A program made the position numbers and the translations under genes. The notes beneath the pieces were generated by a model that was given only the letters and a program-made list of their open reading frames with translations, was not told the origin of the DNA and ran no database searches. Of a DNA stretch of 64,000 nt, positions 24,793 to 34,214 are shown one piece after another. Origin of the DNA: Eukaryota sp. GEM-RC1 (lineage: Eukaryota); contig JAUFOQ010000017.1 in assembly GCA_040285855.1 (NCBI GenBank), positions 1,178,001 through 1,242,000 on the forward strand, written 5' to 3'. Position 1 is the first letter of the stretch. Each line of letters begins with the position of its first letter.

Positions 24793-26013
24793 CTAACAAA
24801 TCACCCGTTTAGAAAACAATTCTTTCATATAATTCTGCAATTCAAGGTCAATATTATTACACCGAAGATCTAACAAACCCATACACTTGTTAATCTTTAA
24901 ACATTCAACAAAGTGATTTGCACCTGACGAAGAAATCATATTTAATCCCAAGTAAAGAACCCTTAAAGAAGTGTTTACTTGTAAACTCATCGCTAAACAC
25001 AAGGCTCCATTGGAATCAATATCGTTGTCATAAAGTGAAAGGGAAGCCAGTGTAGAATTAGCTTTGAGAGCCTCAGCAATAACTTGAACGCCATCTCCAA
25101 TAGAGTTACTACCAAGATCAAGACACCTCAAAGTTGAGTTAACAATGAGAGCTTCTGATAGATACCGAGCACCAGTCGAAGCGATGTTGTTGTAAGACAG
25201 ATTTAATGAACACAGACTCTCATTTGTTGACAACAAATCAGCAAGAAGATGAGCATCCATGGAATTAATACCGTTGTGAGACAGTCTGAGTTCTTTTAAA
25301 GATGAATTGTGGGTAAGAGATTCTGAAATGTACTGGAGTTTGTCGTTTGCTAGACTTGTACCAATGAAAGACAAGCACTTCAGTGATGACTTGTTTTCAA
25401 GATATTCCTTGAGAATATGAAAGTGATCAGTGGACAAATCAATAGTGGTAAAGTTCAATGAGTAGATTGACGTGGATGTGTTCAATGCATCAACTAAACT
25501 TCGCATCTCAAATACAGTAATGGAAAATATCGCAAGGTGCTTCAAGTTGGGACAGAAGTCAGCAGAAGTAGGGATGATGAAGTCAAACGAAGTTGGTGCC
25601 TTTACATTGAGAGAACAGATCGAAGGTTTGAGGTGATCAAAATCAGAAGACGAAGTAATCAGAGAAAGAGTAACATGAACGTTCTGCAATTCTGTGTCAA
25701 AGAAGTGACAAAAATCGTCGAAAACAGTGAGATTGTCTGAATCTATGACCAATGACTCCATTGACAAGAAGTGACGGACAGCACAATGCAGGGACTGAAA
25801 GAAGCGACTGCTCACATATCCAAAGGATTCAAACAATGAACGTACTTTAGAGTAGACTCGATAAAAATCTTGGGGTAGACAACGAATAGAATCAGGTTTT
25901 GTGTATTCACTTCGAAGCAACCAAGAAGCAACAGAGACAAGAACAGAAAAAGGGAGCGTAGGGATGTTCGCGGACACTCGAGATGTCTTTTGGGGAGGCA
26001 TTAGGAAAGACAT
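24793..26013 (-). CDS. RNI-like leucine-rich-repeat protein
   Basis: Repeats such as NSSLKELRLSHNGI, NESLCSLNLSYNNI and NSTLRCLDLGSNSI; ATG at 26013. Confidence 0.85.
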   Translation of the reverse strand: MSFLMPPQKTSRVSANIPTLPFSVLVSVASWLLRSEYTKPDSIRCLPQDFYRVYSKVRSLFESFGYVSSRFFQSLHCAVRHFLSMESLVIDSDNLTVFDDFCHFFDTELQNVHVTLSLITSSSDFDHLKPSICSLNVKAPTSFDFIIPTSADFCPNLKHLAIFSITVFEMRSLVDALNTSTSIYSLNFTTIDLSTDHFHILKEYLENKSSLKCLSFIGTSLANDKLQYISESLTHNSSLKELRLSHNGINSMDAHLLADLLSTNESLCSLNLSYNNIASTGARYLSEALIVNSTLRCLDLGSNSIGDGVQVIAEALKANSTLASLSLYDNDIDSNGALCLAMSLQVNTSLRVLYLGLNMISSSGANHFVECLKINKCMGLLDLRCNNIDLELQNYMKELFSKRVIC

Positions 26014-26170
26014 ATTGAACAATTTGGATAATTTCAGTCGTTTTCAATTCCCAGAACGTCAATGAGTTTAAAATGATACAGTTTACGGTATGAATCTGAG
26101 AAGATGTCTGACAAATTCTAAGATTCAATAATGCTACAAATTCACTGTAGTAAAAACGCTATGACTATGA

Positions 26171-28270
26171 CTATGACAAATAACTGGGTCTAACTCCTAG
26201 ACCCCGCTCCAAATGATGCTCCACAATGGTTTTGATGTTGATACATGCCAACTTGTTACGATTCCAAACCTTGGCGCTACCATGACATTCTTCTCTACAT
26301 TCTTGGGACTTACATCTCAACAAAGCGTGACACTTTACCAGAGGTTTCTTCTCTCTTTCCATGGTTTTGGATTACTGATTTCTTTGAACACTTTAACTGG
26401 CTTCCAACAAGTAGGACACTTTGAAGACGTGTAACTCTCGTCTACAAGAACGATGTTAAAACCATTTCTCTTAAAGAAGTTTCTCCAACCCACACCTCTA
26501 CTTGATCGGAGATGTTTTAGGTTCTGCCTCTTATTACCATTGTCACCAAACATCAATACACAGTCATTTTTCCATCCTTTTGCAGTCATATTTTTCAACA
26601 ACTTACTTTCTGTTTTTTGAATATGGACGTATCTTTGCATTTTTGAATGCGCCATATCATCAAACAGTAGTAGTCAAATGTTGATTCAATAACTGTTAGT
26701 TTGGAACCCACATAGTCATAGAATGTGTCATAAAGAGTCGATTTTTCTTCTTCTTCAACTGTTTTTCCATCTTGGAGAATGAATTCTTTTTTCTTTCCCC
26801 TTCTAAACTTTTGATGAACCCTTGACCATCTGGACTATTCTGTCTCTGTCAATCTTAGCCACTCGTCTTCTTTGTCTCTTCTTTCTCGGGCTTTTTGTTC
26901 AGGAAAAGGCCTATTTACTTCTCTCTGAACAAAAATAGAGTAAATCTGTTTTTCCAGGATCAATAAATACTTTTGTTTTCAATGAAAACTCTTCAACATC
27001 ATAGTCTTGAACATATTCTTCTTTACTAGAGAACTTTGCACTGTCTGGTTTAAAGGACATTCCCACACAGTCCTCTCTGGTAAGTTCAACACAGGCAGAG
27101 AAACCATCAGTTTTAATGGTATTGTTAAACTTATAACCTTTCTTTATAAATGGACGATTAAAGTTGAAAAAGTAGGACCAGAATTGATTTTGTTCAGCAG
27201 GAGACATTTTTTGAATTTCAGTTTGTGTATTCCAATCAGACATTTTCTTCTTGACATTCACTTGTTTTGTTGACAAAGTGGAACGTAATATTCCCCAAAG
27301 ACCTTGTGTGTCTATTTCAAAGAAACCTGGTGTGACGTGACGAACAATAGGAATTACATTGTAAGCACTTGCTCCTTCACATTCAAGATAGTTATTTATT
27401 TGAATCGCAGATTTAATAAAGGACTGGGGATGTTCACGAACTGATTTTAGTAGAGATTTAACGACTTTCTTTTTATAAACACCATTAGCATTTTGAACAT
27501 CAATTGATGGTGGGAAGAGAACATCAATAAAATATTTATCTCTAAACAATCCTTCAACATAGTCATTAGTTGCCCATAGAAGTTTAATTTTACCTGCAAT
27601 GTTCAAACTTCTATTACTGTCGTCTTGAAGAATTTCTGTATTACATCTTTGAATAAATTGTTTTATTTCTGCAGGGGTTTTTGGAATGTCATTTCTGTTA
27701 CCTTCAAGAAAGACATTTTTAACTTGTCTTAGTCTCCAACGAAAAACAGACTGTTCTTGTTTTGACATTGTTTCTTCTTGATCAGTCTTTTGAAAATAAA
27801 CATTAATAAATTTGTCAATGTATTGAGCATATCGCATTTTAATGTTTGCGTCCAAATTCGATTTAATAGTTTCACCAACCATTGCCATAAGCCGTGAGGA
27901 ATGAGCAGCTGGAAAGAGTGGAATTCCTCCATTGTTGAGCATTACTTGTTTGTATTCTTCTAAAACAAAGTTTTTCAAGTGTTCATTATATGTGGGAGGT
28001 CGTCCTTGATTACATAATAATTCAATCTTATGATGTTCAGCAGAGATGTATCTTAACAGAGTTTGAATATGTTCTACTTCTTTCCTTGTAATTAAAGGTA
28101 ATTTTTCACCATTCTTATCCATGTGTAATAAAAACAGCTTCAAGCAATAGGAAGTGTGCATTCTTAGTTTGTGAACCAATTGAGCATAATAATCGAGTAA
28201 TAGCGTTAATCCAAAATGTTTGACAATAGACTTTAGTGTAGTTTTATGTGTTACAAAAGTTGGGCGAACG
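26171..28270 (-). CDS. Fanzor1 (eukaryotic TnpB-derived RuvC nuclease) moiety
   Basis: FVTHKTTLKSIV, NIKMRYAQYIDKFINVYF, FFEIDT, YKFNNTIKTDGFSACV, RuvC-I FIDPGKTDLLY, LMFGD, rearranged RuvC-II LVDESYTSSKCPTC, HALLRC...C zinc ligands, RuvC-III WNRNKLACINI, RPSYL terminus. Confidence 0.9.
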
Positions 28271-28289
28271 ATTTTATTTGATTGAAACA

Positions 28290-29020
28290 ATAAAAACAAC
28301 TTCAATGCTATTACACTATCTTTGAAGCAATAGTTTACAACTTCTTGAGGTCTTTCATCAACACAATCAATAGGCAATAAGTGGTGAAATTCGTCATGAA
28401 GACGTCCTTTAGATTCGATTAATAAAAACCAACTTAATGATCTTAAAGACTTTGAACATTTTGAAACAATAAATTGCTTAGCATAAACGTATGAATCACA
28501 GACAATTCTACCAGCCCATTCAGAACAAACATTTTGCCATAGAGATGATAAATGAGATTTAGTTGTTTCATCTAGCATTGGTTCTGGAAAGTCGACTCCA
28601 AGTGTAACAATCCTGTTGCCTAAAACAACATTATCGAAGTCAGTTATGTTAAATCCAGTTAAAACTGAGGGATTTTTATCATTCAAATAGTTGACAAAAA
28701 CTCTAGTAACTGTTTTTCGTTTTCAAAAATCGAAGGTTTCTACAATCAGGTGGCAGTTCAACATCAGATTCATGAGTCAACTCTAAAGTTGCAACAAAAT
28801 TGTCTTGAAGGTAAAATTGATCTTTTATAAAATGACCAAACACTCCAGAAATCATAAAAACTTGTTGGTTTTGAATCCACACTTCTTTTTCTGCATCACT
28901 TTTCATTTTGAGTGATTCATTCTCGTTCTTTCTTTGATCATCCAACTCCTCTATAAGTGTTTCTGCAGGGATTTGATCAATTTCTCTAGTTTCAATATCA
29001 AAAGACAATATTGAACAATG
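28290..29020 (-). CDS. PolB-type DEDDy 3'-5' exonuclease moiety
   Basis: ExoI LSFDIET (D ~28999), VFMISGV, reconstructed FENEKQLLEFFVNYL, ExoII PSVLTGFNITDFD (D ~28635), ExoIII YCFKDS (D 28318-28320); no polymerase domain follows. Confidence 0.85.
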
Positions 29021-29082
29021 ATTAGAGTTATTTGGTAATTGGGAATGTTTGCGAAACTCAATCATTGGTTTTTTAGGAGGTT

Positions 29083-30300
29083 TCAAACTCTTTGTCGCTT
29101 TGATACTCCACTTGCTTTTGGTTTGGTGGTTTTCCTTTTGGCAACTGTTGTGTTTCTATTTCCTGTTGCTGTTGTTGTTTCAGTGGTGTCAGATGATTCA
29201 ATTGTTTCTGTTGTTTCTGTTGTATCAGGTTTCTCACAAGCAGCAACATTTATTTTTGGGGTTGGTAAATTTATTTCTGGAAGATCTGTCAACTCTGGAC
29301 GACTAAATTTATGATAACTTTCTTGAAATAATTCTTCAGCTTCTTCCAGCGCTTGTTCAATCATTTTTAACTTCAAAAGACGCTTCTTTTTCCTGTTAGA
29401 TAAATTTCCAGGTAAACTTTTGAGAAAGTTTTGATAAGTGAGCTTTGACACCGTTTCCTTGTAACTATTATCATCTACGATTGTTTCAGGAGTTAAACTT
29501 TCAGATTGACACTGTACAGGTTGATTAACAGGTGATTCAATCTCATCAGAATAAAACTCATTTAAAATACCTTGGGCATGAGTACATACATATTGTCGGT
29601 ATTCATCAGGATGATCTTCATCAGGGTGAGTAGTAACGATTTGAGACAGTATTTGTTTTCTCATTTCTAATGCACTATAAGCAACACAATTAGAGACTTT
29701 AGACAGAATTTCGAAAAGATTTATTGATGTTGATTCACACTCGACAAATTTATTCATATACATTAGAATAAATAGACCACAGTCATTGAGAGTTTGGACT
29801 TGTTGAACTGGTACTCTAGCTATATAGCTGAAATTTGCCATATCAAACAGGAATTGCTGTAATTGTGAAATGACATTGTCAATACGTGATAAAGTGTTAG
29901 AAAACTGAGATTGTTGATCTTCTGTACACATTGAGTCAATAGAGAAGTATTGTTTGTTTTCAATATCACAGATTAACAGTGACCAGTGAGTGGCTGTTGT
30001 ACCAAAGAGACCGTCATGTATTGGAATAAACAAGAAACGTTTCTTACACTTTTTAGTGTGTCTTTTACTTGATTTTTCCATTGATAATTGAACCTCTCTA
30101 AATTGTTCAAACATTATGTAATATTGTGAAAGATTGATTGCATCTTGAATGTTGGCTACTTCAAAGAACTCGCATAGATTACTCTTTTCAGCAATGTACT
30201 GACCAACATAGTCAATGACAGCATCATAAGCACAATCAACTCCCGAATTTCTCTGTAATTCTAATACATGTAAAAGGATCCGTTGCCAATTGAACGACTT
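29083..30300 (-). CDS. Ulp1/SENP-like (peptidase C48) cysteine protease moiety plus low-complexity linker
   Basis: CAYDAVIDYV in frame upstream of the ORF start, FLFIPIH...THWSLL (His ~29987), SIDSM (Asp), QQVQTLNDCGLFIL (oxyanion Gln; Cys ~29780). Confidence 0.85.
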   Translation of the reverse strand, partial: KSFNWQRILLHVLELQRNSGVDCAYDAVIDYVGQYIAEKSNLCEFFEVANIQDAINLSQYYIMFEQFREVQLSMEKSSKRHTKKCKKRFLFIPIHDGLFGTTATHWSLLICDIENKQYFSIDSMCTEDQQSQFSNTLSRIDNVISQLQQFLFDMANFSYIARVPVQQVQTLNDCGLFILMYMNKFVECESTSINLFEILSKVSNCVAYSALEMRKQILSQIVTTHPDEDHPDEYRQYVCTHAQGILNEFYSDEIESPVNQPVQCQSESLTPETIVDDNSYKETVSKLTYQNFLKSLPGNLSNRKKKRLLKLKMIEQALEEAEELFQESYHKFSRPELTDLPEINLPTPKINVAACEKPDTTETTETIESSDTTETTTATGNRNTTVAKRKTTKPKASGVSKRQRV

Positions 30301-30516
30301 ATAGAGAGTTGGTTTTTATTCAACAAAGAAGGCACATTTAACAGCACAACACTATTCTGTAATAGATCTAGAAAACCCAGAGAAAACTCTGTTAACACTC
30401 TACTTGACAAGGTATATGAGATCTCATTTTGAGGATTGTATGATTGTAGTCACATAATCCTACAAGAAAAAACGGTTGAATCAATTACGAAATTCGGTTG
30501 AACACGTGTCAACGCA

Positions 30517-32361
30517 ATGTTCTCAACACCCACAACTAGATATCGTACCCGATCCACAGTATCAGCTCCATCTCCACCTGATGATTTAGAACTAGACAGT
30601 ACTGACTGGTTCCCTAGATCTGTTTTCCTCGTCGTCTTGAGTTTATCCGTCTTTTCTCTGCCGATTTCTCGCTTAATGGGATTCCATCTTCCATTACCTG
30701 TTTGGAGTTCTCTCGTTTTCTTTCTTAGTCTCACATTTGTCGTGCAGTTGTTCTTTAGTGAACCATTCTTCTTCCGATTCCACTCCATCCCTTTCTTCCT
30801 TGCGTTTCTTGGGATATCCATCGGTGTGTTACTTACTTCCATCTTCATTCTCATAAGACTTTTCTCCCCATTTATATCATCTCCTTCAATCCCGCTCACT
30901 AATTTCAACAGCGAATTCAGCAAGATCAGATCTAGTCTCTCTACTTATTCCTCCGCCATTGTTTCTCTCCAATCAGATCTCCAACGCCAACAGTCATCCC
31001 AATCTTCCCTTCACAAAGAACTCCTCTCCTATCAATCTTCATTTGCTTCCCGTTTGGATTCCCTTAACTCTGAGCTAAAATCCCTCCGCAAGGTAGTTGA
31101 CATTCTAGTGGAAGGTTCCAAGTCAACTCTAGTGTTGAAAGGAGATTTGAAAGAGACAATGAAGACTGTGAAACAAGTGCAAGATGAAATAGAACATCAA
31201 CAATCAGATCTTTCATCTATAACTAAACTTGTTAATCAACTCGTTGATGGTTCAACTTCCAATGATGTCCTTATTGGTGAATTAGACAACACTAAGAAAA
31301 CTGTAGAACACATTACAGATGACATGAACAGTTTTTCTCAGAAATTGCAGTACCAACAGTCAGAGCTTTCATCTTTAACTAAATTAGTGAAACAACTCAG
31401 TGATGGCTTACAGTCTAATGGTGTGCCTAAAAATACTGACGTGGAGGACACTCAGAAATCGATACAACAAATTCAAGGTCAAATTCTAAATATTACTCAA
31501 AAATTGCAATTCAAACACTCTGAAGTTGCTCATCTCACTAAACTTGTGGAAAAAGTTATTCTTGAGTCACAAACAAATCTTTTATTACAGAAAGAAATAG
31601 AAGAGACGAAGTCTTTAATCGCAAAGGCCAGAGAGGAAATTGATGAGTTGACTAGGGAATTGAAAGAACAAAAAGATATGAATTTCCAAACTGATGGTGA
31701 ATCTGTATCAAATTCAGCTCTCAAGGGGGTTCAAAATGACGTTAGTGCAATCAATAACAAGATTGCTGAATTAGAGGCCAAATTTTCTGATTTTAAATTT
31801 TCTGATGTCCCTACACCTCACGATGAAGATAACTTTTTCAAAAAATTCCCAAATATTGCTGTTCACTCGCCGTTTTTCTCTTTAGATCTAAACGGCCATT
31901 CTCCTTTATTTAAGTCAGACTCTGGTCTTCTCAGAAAGGCCCTCGGAAAAAGTTCTTTCGAGGATTTAAATCTCTTGGACAAGATTCTTACTCAAGATTT
32001 ATCTCCAGGGCAATGTACTCCTCTTAAGGGTTCTTCTGTGTTTATGAGTTTTGATTTTTCTGAAAATTTAAATATTCATTATATTGGAATCGATCATGCT
32101 TCTCGAGAATATTTCCTAGATTTTAAAACCGCTCCAAAACATTTCAAAGTTCTCTGCGAAGATACTGTTTTGGTAGAATCAGTTTATGAAATTCGAGGTC
32201 CAACTTTACAGACTTTCCCCGTTCCTAAACCCAGGACTTGTAAGAAACTTACCTTGGTTGTTAGTGATAATAATGGTGCAGAGTATACTTGCCTGTATCG
32301 ATTGAGAGTACACGTGTCTCGAGAGGAAGTTCCAGAATCTTACCTTGGAGGACGCTCGTAG
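30517..32361 (+). CDS. SUN-domain nuclear-envelope protein
   Basis: N-terminal TM helices, long coiled coil, C-terminal SUN domain (PGQCTPLKG, IGIDH, APKHF, NNGAEYTCLYRLRVH). Confidence 0.9.
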   Translation: MFSTPTTRYRTRSTVSAPSPPDDLELDSTDWFPRSVFLVVLSLSVFSLPISRLMGFHLPLPVWSSLVFFLSLTFVVQLFFSEPFFFRFHSIPFFLAFLGISIGVLLTSIFILIRLFSPFISSPSIPLTNFNSEFSKIRSSLSTYSSAIVSLQSDLQRQQSSQSSLHKELLSYQSSFASRLDSLNSELKSLRKVVDILVEGSKSTLVLKGDLKETMKTVKQVQDEIEHQQSDLSSITKLVNQLVDGSTSNDVLIGELDNTKKTVEHITDDMNSFSQKLQYQQSELSSLTKLVKQLSDGLQSNGVPKNTDVEDTQKSIQQIQGQILNITQKLQFKHSEVAHLTKLVEKVILESQTNLLLQKEIEETKSLIAKAREEIDELTRELKEQKDMNFQTDGESVSNSALKGVQNDVSAINNKIAELEAKFSDFKFSDVPTPHDEDNFFKKFPNIAVHSPFFSLDLNGHSPLFKSDSGLLRKALGKSSFEDLNLLDKILTQDLSPGQCTPLKGSSVFMSFDFSENLNIHYIGIDHASREYFLDFKTAPKHFKVLCEDTVLVESVYEIRGPTLQTFPVPKPRTCKKLTLVVSDNNGAEYTCLYRLRVHVSREEVPESYLGGRS

Positions 32362-32557
32362 TTTGTTTGTAATTTATACTGTGTGTAGTGAATAAATTTG
32401 AATTATTGACCATGCGGTATCTGTGTGATAGCATCATCTCCAATGATGACGTTTACAATGCAATAGAGCTCAATGATTGTTTGTGTTGTCAAGTGAAATC
32501 AAAGAAATAGAAAGAAAAAACCGAGAATATTTACAATGCAAAAAATGACTACTACAA

Positions 32558-34183
32558 CTATCGTGAAACAAGCCTCAAGGAGCTCTTCAATTTTTCCACA
32601 TCTGTAGTGGTTGGCAGACCTTCGAGAACATTGGTAACTCCACTCTCATCGACAACACATAGAAGAGATCCGTCATAACTCCAATCAAGAGAAGAGATCA
32701 CCTTCCCGATTTGAAAGCAATCAACCGGTCTATCTAAGGCAACCCCAAGATTCCAAATTTCAACTTTTCCTTGACCATCTCCAACAGCAAAGACACCTGG
32801 ACAAGCAGGACTCCACTTTGCAATCATCACAGGTGAATTGTAATCGTCACCAATCAAAATCGGATCAGTATTCTCATGATTAAGGTCATAAATATGCCAA
32901 GACCAGTTCAAAAACCCAACTAGAACCAGTTCTGTACAGTCTTGTCTTACGTACATGTCATTGTACTTTGGACAAGAAACTGTAATGGCAACTCCATTTG
33001 CCACACGTAGTCTTGAAGAATCCTGTTGACTGTCATACGCTCTATTAACACGTTTGATTGACGATATTCTTGATTGGGAAAGTGTCAACTTGTAGAGATC
33101 ACCGTGATTGTTCCCGACGACAATCAAACCACTAGTACTTCTGCAACCAGCTTGAATAAATCCATAGTCATCGTCGTTATTAATACTACAGCTGAGTATT
33201 GGCAATGACTTCTTCTCTAACAATCGACTACAAATCTGCCCATCAAATCCGATTGACAACACGTCACCAATCGATGGAAAATTAGGAAGGAGACACACGA
33301 TTGGGCACATGTGATCAGATTCTGAAGGAAAAGAGGACAAAGTAGGGGTATGAAAGTGAATTGCAGGTTTAGAAATATCCCATATATGAATCTGCCCATT
33401 CTTACAAGCTCCTACAACTAACGTAGGTCTATTTGGATTGAAGAAGGCAGTGACAACAGGAGAGGGAGAGGATAAAAGAAACTCTGGAGAAGAGAGTCTA
33501 TTGAGAGAGTAAACGAGAACCAATCCTGGATGACTAGAAGGGATGGTGGTGGGAGTAGCTGAAACAAGAAACATTGAAGGATCAGCTGTGGAGAAAGAAA
33601 CATGACAGGGTAAGTAAGATGAGAACTCTTCTGGGAAGGTGTAGACTGCTTTGACTGAGAGGGACGAAGAGATTGGCTTGAAAGTGGTGAGGGAGGAGGC
33701 GTGAGAACGTTGGGTTTGAGAATTACAAATGGAGCGTTCAACAATTGCAGAGCTTTTGGATAAGAAATTCTTAAAAGTGGATGATGTAAGGATTTCTTGA
33801 ATTTGGGATTGTGAGAGGCTGTATGGGGGATTAGAATGAGTACTGTCTGTGTTGATGGATTTGGATAGGGTTGGAGTAGGGGCATCGGTGGTTGAGGTTA
33901 CTTGAATTTCTTTTGGATAAACATGAGTTGAAGAAGGGGTGAAAGGAACTGTAAGTGAAGTTACATCACTTGAAGAGAGATTTGAAGGAACATCAACAGA
34001 TTTGAAAGAGGATTGGAGATCATTGATAATGTTGGAATACGGATCCGAAAAAGCAGTGTTTAAGAGGGAAGAATCAAGTTCCAGCTGTTGAAGCAGAGAT
34101 GACAGGTCATAGTCTGACCTCTCTAGCTGATCAGCAGCAGATTCAAGTAAAGACAGCTGGTCTTTTAGAGCGTCGAACTCCAT
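32558..34183 (-). CDS. Dynein intermediate chain (WD40)
   Basis: FKNFLSKSSAIVERSI, FNPNRPTLVVGACKNGQIHIWD, KWSPACPGVFAVGDGQGKVEIWNL. Confidence 0.8.
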   Translation of the reverse strand: MEFDALKDQLSLLESAADQLERSDYDLSSLLQQLELDSSLLNTAFSDPYSNIINDLQSSFKSVDVPSNLSSSDVTSLTVPFTPSSTHVYPKEIQVTSTTDAPTPTLSKSINTDSTHSNPPYSLSQSQIQEILTSSTFKNFLSKSSAIVERSICNSQTQRSHASSLTTFKPISSSLSVKAVYTFPEEFSSYLPCHVSFSTADPSMFLVSATPTTIPSSHPGLVLVYSLNRLSSPEFLLSSPSPVVTAFFNPNRPTLVVGACKNGQIHIWDISKPAIHFHTPTLSSFPSESDHMCPIVCLLPNFPSIGDVLSIGFDGQICSRLLEKKSLPILSCSINNDDDYGFIQAGCRSTSGLIVVGNNHGDLYKLTLSQSRISSIKRVNRAYDSQQDSSRLRVANGVAITVSCPKYNDMYVRQDCTELVLVGFLNWSWHIYDLNHENTDPILIGDDYNSPVMIAKWSPACPGVFAVGDGQGKVEIWNLGVALDRPVDCFQIGKVISSLDWSYDGSLLCVVDESGVTNVLEGLPTTTDVEKLKSSLRLVSR

Positions 34184-34214
34184 TGTTCTGAGGAGAATTT
34201 CTTTGAATCACCCA

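Larger units (their letters stand above)
26171..30449 (-). pseudogene. Ulp1 protease - DEDDy exonuclease - Fanzor1 fusion gene (disrupted as assembled, apparently 5'-truncated)
   Basis: Five consecutive minus-strand ORFs join into one frame after single-base homopolymer corrections (~29090, ~28727, ~28698, ~26933, ~26642, ~26357) plus one in-frame TAG at 26835-26837. Confidence 0.8.

Noticed and set aside
28290..29020. Exonuclease as part of a Polinton/viral DNA polymerase B
   Set aside because: No polymerase palm motifs follow; the frame continues directly into Fanzor sequence, and no integrase, ATPase or capsid genes are nearby.
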